A DNA stretch of 64,000 nucleotides. Source: Candidatus Collierbacteria bacterium (GTDB taxonomy: Bacteria > Patescibacteriota > Microgenomatia > UBA1400 > JACPES01). Under the pieces are notes generated by a model, which was not told where the DNA came from, did not search any database, and saw only the letters and a list, made by a program, of their open reading frames with translations. Of this stretch, positions 59,107 through 64,000 are shown piece by piece. How positions within the stretch are numbered: position 1 is the first letter of the stretch; each line of letters starts with the position of its first letter. Both the position numbers and the translations under genes were made by a program. The stretch covers positions 13,726-77,725 of the forward strand of contig JACPES010000003.1 in the NCBI GenBank assembly GCA_016183365.1. The letters are read 5' to 3'.

Positions 59107-59201
59107 AACAATGACAAGTTAGGAAACAATGAGGCTCCCGACTTGTAATTTGCCCTGGTTGTTAATTAGAGAGTACAATATACAACAATATTTCTTAATT
59201 T

Positions 59202-59759
59202 ATGTTTGATAGATTAGTGGTTTCATTCTTTGTCGACGAAGTGGTCGGCGGTTTTTTTATTTCTGTCCCCCCCGGCCATATTGCCTGCGTTTATGACCGT
59301 GGCCGTGGAGTTTTGCCGCACATTTGGGGTCCGGGACTCCATTTAAAAATTCCTTTTTGGCAGGTGGCCAAACTGTTTAACGCCCAGATTTTGGAATATA
59401 CGATTATTGATAATGCGGATTTATCGAATAAAGAAGCCCTAGGAGATAGGCCGATTCACGCCACTACCAAAGATGGAATCAGCTTAATAATTACCGGCTC
59501 GATCCTGTTTAAGATTGACAAAAATAATGCCCCGGAATTATGGGAAAGCATCGGCGAAAATTTTGTTTCCAAAGTTGTCAGACCGGTTAGCCGCAGTAAA
59601 ATCGCCTCGGTTGTCAGCACTTTATCCTTAGAGCGGTTGCAAAATGATCGGCCTTTGATCGAAAAACAGTTGAAAGAAGAGTTTAATACCGAGTTTCAGA
59701 ACAAGGGGTTGATTTGCGAAGGGGTGCTGTTGTCCGAAATCCAAAAATCCTCCTCTTGA
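59202..59759 (+). CDS. SPFH/Band 7 domain protein
   Basis: GPGLHLKIPFWQ, TKDG. Confidence 0.82.
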   Translation: MFDRLVVSFFVDEVVGGFFISVPPGHIACVYDRGRGVLPHIWGPGLHLKIPFWQVAKLFNAQILEYTIIDNADLSNKEALGDRPIHATTKDGISLIITGSILFKIDKNNAPELWESIGENFVSKVVRPVSRSKIASVVSTLSLERLQNDRPLIEKQLKEEFNTEFQNKGLICEGVLLSEIQKSSS

Positions 59760-59830
59760 CAGATTTTCCAATCTGTTTTATATTACCCCTCTAGTACTTT
59801 GGTTAAAAGAATGATAAGATATACATATCT

Positions 59831-60142
59831 ATGGCAATGGCAAAATTAATTGACCCCAAATCCCTTAAACCCCTACCGGGATATATTCTAGTTGAACCGG
59901 TAAAGGCCGACAAGAAAACCATTTCCGGAATTTATTTACCCGACTCTCACGACGAAAAACCCCAACAGGGGGTGGTTTTGGCTGTAGGCGGAGATTGGGA
60001 GACCGAGCATGGCGCCAAAATAGCCTGTCCGGTTAAAAAGGGAGACCACGTGATATATAAAAAATGGGGCGGAAATGACGTTAAGATCGGTGAAGTAGAA
60101 TACCAGTTCCTTAAATTTGAGGATGTGTTAGCAATAATTTAA
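59831..60142 (+). CDS. groES: Co-chaperonin GroES
   Basis: LKPL, SGIYLPD, EKPQQG, EDVLA. Confidence 0.97.
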   Translation: MAMAKLIDPKSLKPLPGYILVEPVKADKKTISGIYLPDSHDEKPQQGVVLAVGGDWETEHGAKIACPVKKGDHVIYKKWGGNDVKIGEVEYQFLKFEDVLAII

Positions 60143-60207
60143 AATTTCAGATTTCAGAATTCATATTTTCTGAAAAAATCTGCAATCTGAAATATAAAAT
60201 CTGAAAT
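60142..60207. repeat. Gene-less inverted heptamer arrays
   Basis: ATTTCAG units left, AATCTGA units right. Confidence 0.75.
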
Positions 60208-60215
60208 AATTCAAT

Positions 60216-61835
60216 ATGGCAAAACAATTACTTTTTTCTGATCAGGCTCGGAATAAACTCATTTCTGGAGTTAATCAGCTGGCCAAAGCGGTTATCACTA
60301 CTTTGGGACCTCGGGGCCGTAATGTCGCTTTGGATAAAAAATGGGGGGCTCCGGCCGTGGTCCACGACGGAGTTTCAGTTGCCAAAGAAATAGAACTGAA
60401 AGATCCTTTTGAAAATATGGGAGCCCAGTTGGTGAAGGAAGCAGCCAGCAAAACCAATGACGTGGCCGGCGACGGAACCACCACGGCTACGGTTTTGGCT
60501 CAAACTATCGTTTCCGCCGGTATGAAAAATATTACCGCCGGGGCTAACCCTATGCTGATTAAACACGGCATTGACAAGTCGGTTGAGGCGTTAGTAACCG
60601 AATTAAAACGGATAGCCAAAGACGTTAAGCCCGAAGATTGGGAATCGGTGGCGACTATTTCTGCCGGCGACCAGAAAATCGGGAAAAAGATTGCCGAGGC
60701 CCTGAAATTGGTCGGACGTGATGGGTTGGTAGAAGTGGAAGAGGGCAAAGGTTTTGAAATCGAGATTGACCATAAAGAGGGGATGGCCTTTGATAAAGGC
60801 TACGCTTCTCCATATTTTTCCACTAACGCCGACACCATGGAATCGGAAATCAGCGATGCCTATATTTTAATTACAGATCAAAAAGTCAGCTCTATCTCCG
60901 ACCTTTTACCATTCTTGGAGAAATTCGTCAAAGTTAGCAAGAATTTGGTAATCGTAGCCGACGAAGTCGAAGGCGAAGCCTTGGCGACCTTGGTGGTCAA
61001 CAAAATGCGCGGTTCATTTAATGTTTTGGCAGTTAAAGCTCCGGGATTTGGCGACAGGCGCAAGGCCATGCTGGAAGATATCGCGATTTTAACCGGCGGG
61101 TCGTTTATTTCTGAAGATGCTGGCCGGAAATTGGATTCGGTAACCGTGGAAGATTTGGGCCGGGCCGATAGGGTGATAGCCGATAAGGATAATACCAGAA
61201 TTATCGGCGGCGGTGGAGCAAAGGCCGCAATTCAAGCCCGAATTCAATCGATTAGATCAGAGATGGACAGGACTACCAGCGACTTTGATAAAGAGAAATT
61301 GCAGGAGAGATTGGCCAAGCTGTCCGGCGGAGTGGCGGTAATCAGTGTCGGGGCGGCAACGGAAGTTGAGCTTAAAGAGCTCCAGGAAAGAGTCAAAGAC
61401 GCGGTAGAAGCGACAAAAGCGGCGATAGAAGAGGGAATTGTGCCGGGCGGAGGGGTAGCCTTGCTAAGATCGGCCAAAGTTTTGGATAAATTGACCGTCA
61501 GCGGGAATGACGAAAAAGTCGGAGTCGACATTATGCGCGACGTTTGCCAGCAACCCTTAAGATGGTTGGCAACGAACTCTGGCATGGACGCAGGTTGGGT
61601 GGTGCGGAAAGTTGCCGACTCGGCTGTCGCGGATTACGGTTTTGACGCCCTGACTCTTGATTTCGGTTCGATGCTCAAGAAAGGGATTATCGATCCGGTC
61701 AAAGTTACCAGAACCGCTTTGCAAAACGCGGCTTCGGTGGGATCGATGATTTTGACCACGGAGGCCTTGGTTACAGATATTGAGAAAAAAGACGATAAAT
61801 CATCTACTCCGGACATGTCCGGGATGGACATGTAA
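60216..61835 (+). CDS. groEL: Chaperonin GroEL
   Basis: [28 protein letters not shown]. Confidence 0.99.
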   Translation: MAKQLLFSDQARNKLISGVNQLAKAVITTLGPRGRNVALDKKWGAPAVVHDGVSVAKEIELKDPFENMGAQLVKEAASKTNDVAGDGTTTATVLAQTIVSAGMKNITAGANPMLIKHGIDKSVEALVTELKRIAKDVKPEDWESVATISAGDQKIGKKIAEALKLVGRDGLVEVEEGKGFEIEIDHKEGMAFDKGYASPYFSTNADTMESEISDAYILITDQKVSSISDLLPFLEKFVKVSKNLVIVADEVEGEALATLVVNKMRGSFNVLAVKAPGFGDRRKAMLEDIAILTGGSFISEDAGRKLDSVTVEDLGRADRVIADKDNTRIIGGGGAKAAIQARIQSIRSEMDRTTSDFDKEKLQERLAKLSGGVAVISVGAATEVELKELQERVKDAVEATKAAIEEGIVPGGGVALLRSAKVLDKLTVSGNDEKVGVDIMRDVCQQPLRWLATNSGMDAGWVVRKVADSAVADYGFDALTLDFGSMLKKGIIDPVKVTRTALQNAASVGSMILTTEALVTDIEKKDDKSSTPDMSGMDM

Positions 61836-61861
61836 TTTAAATCTTAACCCCGGCTTTAAGC

Positions 61862-62330
61862 TTGGCCGATTTATTCCGCAGGGCAAAAGTAATAGAACGC
61901 AGGCCGTTTGCTAAAGAAGCCGACGGGCGAAAGATTACGGTTCTCATGGACGGCAAAGATATTTCCTGGGCGATCCGGACTCATGAAATCGATGATTTAG
62001 TGGCTAAATTTGGCGAACACAAAGAGATTATCCAGGCGGTACACGAAAAAGAACGGAAACTGGCCAGCAGGCAGGATGTGGTGATTGAAGACCGGGAGAT
62101 TGGGACGGCGGTTTCAAGAGTATGAAGCGCGGGGGAATAACGTGCCGCATAGCGAAATTGTCAGGGCGTTGAAGGAGCGGGATGAGCTGAATATGCGGCG
62201 GGCGTACGCGCCGCTAAGGAAGGCGGAAGATGCGATGGTGATTGATACTAGTAATAGAACTATCGAAGAGGTAGTGGAGATGATCATTAAGATGGTACCA
62301 AAAGAATTTCCATCTTCAAGAAATCTGTAG
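61862..62330 (+). pseudogene. cmk: Cytidylate kinase remnant
   Basis: VVIEDREIGTAV and ERDELN..RAYAPLRKAEDAMVIDTS in two frames; P-loop and KIFLTAS segment missing. Confidence 0.8.
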
Positions 62331-62343
62331 ACAAATAGATTAA

Positions 62344-62910
62344 TTACAGCTCTGGCAGAATCTGTTTTGGATTAAGGTATCCGGAATCATTTCTAACCTC
62401 AAAATGTAGATGCGGGCCGGTGGTCCAACCGGTCATACCGACGGTTCCCAAAACAGTTTCTTTGGTGACTGAATCGCCGACATTAACGTTAATCGTGTCC
62501 AGGTGGGCGTAAAGCGTCTGTAATTGGCCGGCATGTTCCACTACTACTTTGTTGCCATACCCAAACCTTTTGCGTTCGATTTCGACCACTTTACCTGTCG
62601 CTGCCGCTAAAATCGAAGTGCCGCGTTTGGCCCTGATATCTACTCCGGGGTGTTGATTACGGAATCCTTGGGAAAATCCGTTATCTTCAGCCACAGGAAT
62701 CCTAAAGGTGGTTTCAGTAATAACCTTGATCGCATTCGGGGTTAATGTGGCTATGTCGACGGTTTCGACCGGAACCTGTCCGCCGACTGGCCCCATTAAA
62801 TTGACCAGAATTATCGATAAAGCTAGATTCCCTCCGACTATTAACTTAATCTTTCGATTTTCAAAGATAGGTCGTAGCCGACGGGATAAAAAGTGACTTT
62901 TCCATAACAT
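62344..62910 (-). CDS. M23 metallopeptidase
   Basis: HPGVD, TLYAHL, TGPHLHFE. Confidence 0.92.
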   Translation of the reverse strand: MLWKSHFLSRRLRPIFENRKIKLIVGGNLALSIILVNLMGPVGGQVPVETVDIATLTPNAIKVITETTFRIPVAEDNGFSQGFRNQHPGVDIRAKRGTSILAAATGKVVEIERKRFGYGNKVVVEHAGQLQTLYAHLDTINVNVGDSVTKETVLGTVGMTGWTTGPHLHFEVRNDSGYLNPKQILPEL

Positions 62911-63037
62911 AATTAGGCTTAATTTAGGCCCTATTAATAATTAACCTACGCTTGGTGGCGTAGGCTAATAGATACGTGTATGATATACCAAAAGGCCGAA
63001 AATGTCAAGAAAACCCGAAGGAGCTGGTTGGTTGAGA

Positions 63038-64000
63038 ATGATAAGAGAGGTGGATGTCATGCATAAAAATGTGCTGGTCCGGTTGGATTTGGATGTGCCG
63101 TTAGAAAAACCAAAAATCAAAAATCAAAAATCAAAAATAACGGATGAGTCAAGACTAATAAATTCTTTGCAAACGATTCAGTATTTGGTTGATAGACAGG
63201 CAAAAATAACCATAATTGGACATTTGGGAAGGCCTCATGGCAAGAGGGTAGAAAGGTTAAGCTTACAGCCGGTAACTGACTGGTTTGAGATTAAGTTCCC
63301 CGGAGCGGGGATTAAGGTGGAAGAGAATTTGCGGTTTGATCCGAGAGAAGAAGCAAACTCCCCTACTTTTGCCCAAAATATTGTGCGACGTTTATCTCCG
63401 GACGTTTATGTCTTTGATGCTTTCGGATCTTACCGGCCCCACGCTTCGGTGATTTCAGTGCCTAAATTGGTGCCTACAGTGGCAATTGGATTTAGATTCG
63501 CGGCCGAAATATCGCATTTATCTAAAGTCCTGGAAAATCCGAAGAAACCGGTAATATTTATCATAGGCGGAGTCAAAGCTGATACTAAGATAAGCCTAAT
63601 TCCGAAGCTGGCGGAACGGGCCGATGAGGTGTTGGCAGGAGGGTTACTGGTAAGAAGAGTACAAGAAAGTATAAAAAAGTACAAGAAAGCCCAAGAAGGC
63701 TACGATTCTAAATTGCAAATTGCCGAATTGAGACCGGATGGGCTGGATATTACGGAAGAATCGGCCAGAATGTTTGCCGATAAAATTTTGTCAGCCGGAA
63801 CTGTGGTCTGGAATGGGCCGATGGGCAAGTTCGAGGACGGCAAACATTCAGTTGGGACAGAGATTATTGCTAGGGCGGTGAATGAAACCAAAGCTTATAC
63901 CGTGGTTGGCGGCGGAGACACAGAGACAGCCTTGACGGAGCTTGGATTGGAAAACGGGATCGATTGGATCTCCAGTGGCGGCGGGGCGATGCTTTATTAT
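63038..64000 (+). CDS. pgk: Phosphoglycerate kinase (partial; absent from ORF track)
   Basis: VLVRLDLDVP, GHLGRP, ENLRF, VWNGPMG, GGGDT, ISSGGGA. Confidence 0.95.
   Translation, partial: MIREVDVMHKNVLVRLDLDVPLEKPKIKNQKSKITDESRLINSLQTIQYLVDRQAKITIIGHLGRPHGKRVERLSLQPVTDWFEIKFPGAGIKVEENLRFDPREEANSPTFAQNIVRRLSPDVYVFDAFGSYRPHASVISVPKLVPTVAIGFRFAAEISHLSKVLENPKKPVIFIIGGVKADTKISLIPKLAERADEVLAGGLLVRRVQESIKKYKKAQEGYDSKLQIAELRPDGLDITEESARMFADKILSAGTVVWNGPMGKFEDGKHSVGTEIIARAVNETKAYTVVGGGDTETALTELGLENGIDWISSGGGAMLYY

Overview
Chromosomal origin region of a reduced-genome bacterium. The gene repertoire points to Patescibacteria/CPR, probably Microgenomates-like (inference). The right half is housekeeping: dnaN, oriC, dnaA, rpmH, rnpA, yidD, yidC, jag, rnhA, rplY, HIT, a tsaC-tsaE fusion, tsaD, valS, groES/EL, a cmk remnant and pgk. 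The left half is a Patescibacteria-type T4SS-like locus with eight VirB2/TrbC-like pilins, a VirB6-like protein, a giant M23 protein, PrgI and VirB4. It is interrupted by an opposite-strand hypervariable island (14-28 kb) of orphan ORFs, duplicated promoter/leader stubs and mostly broken toxin-antitoxin modules. The most unusual signal is not in the ORF track: two four-helix-bundle (TIGR02436/IVP/Avd-like) genes are each bracketed by inverted arrays of 7-9-nt tandem repeats. About ten gene-less inverted-array sites and many one-armed arrays also occur, several translated in frame inside essential proteins and one frameshifting rnpA. A 30-bp twin-hairpin element with compensatory substitutions occurs five times, mostly inside those arrays. 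All coordinates and counts were read by eye; no database searches were run.
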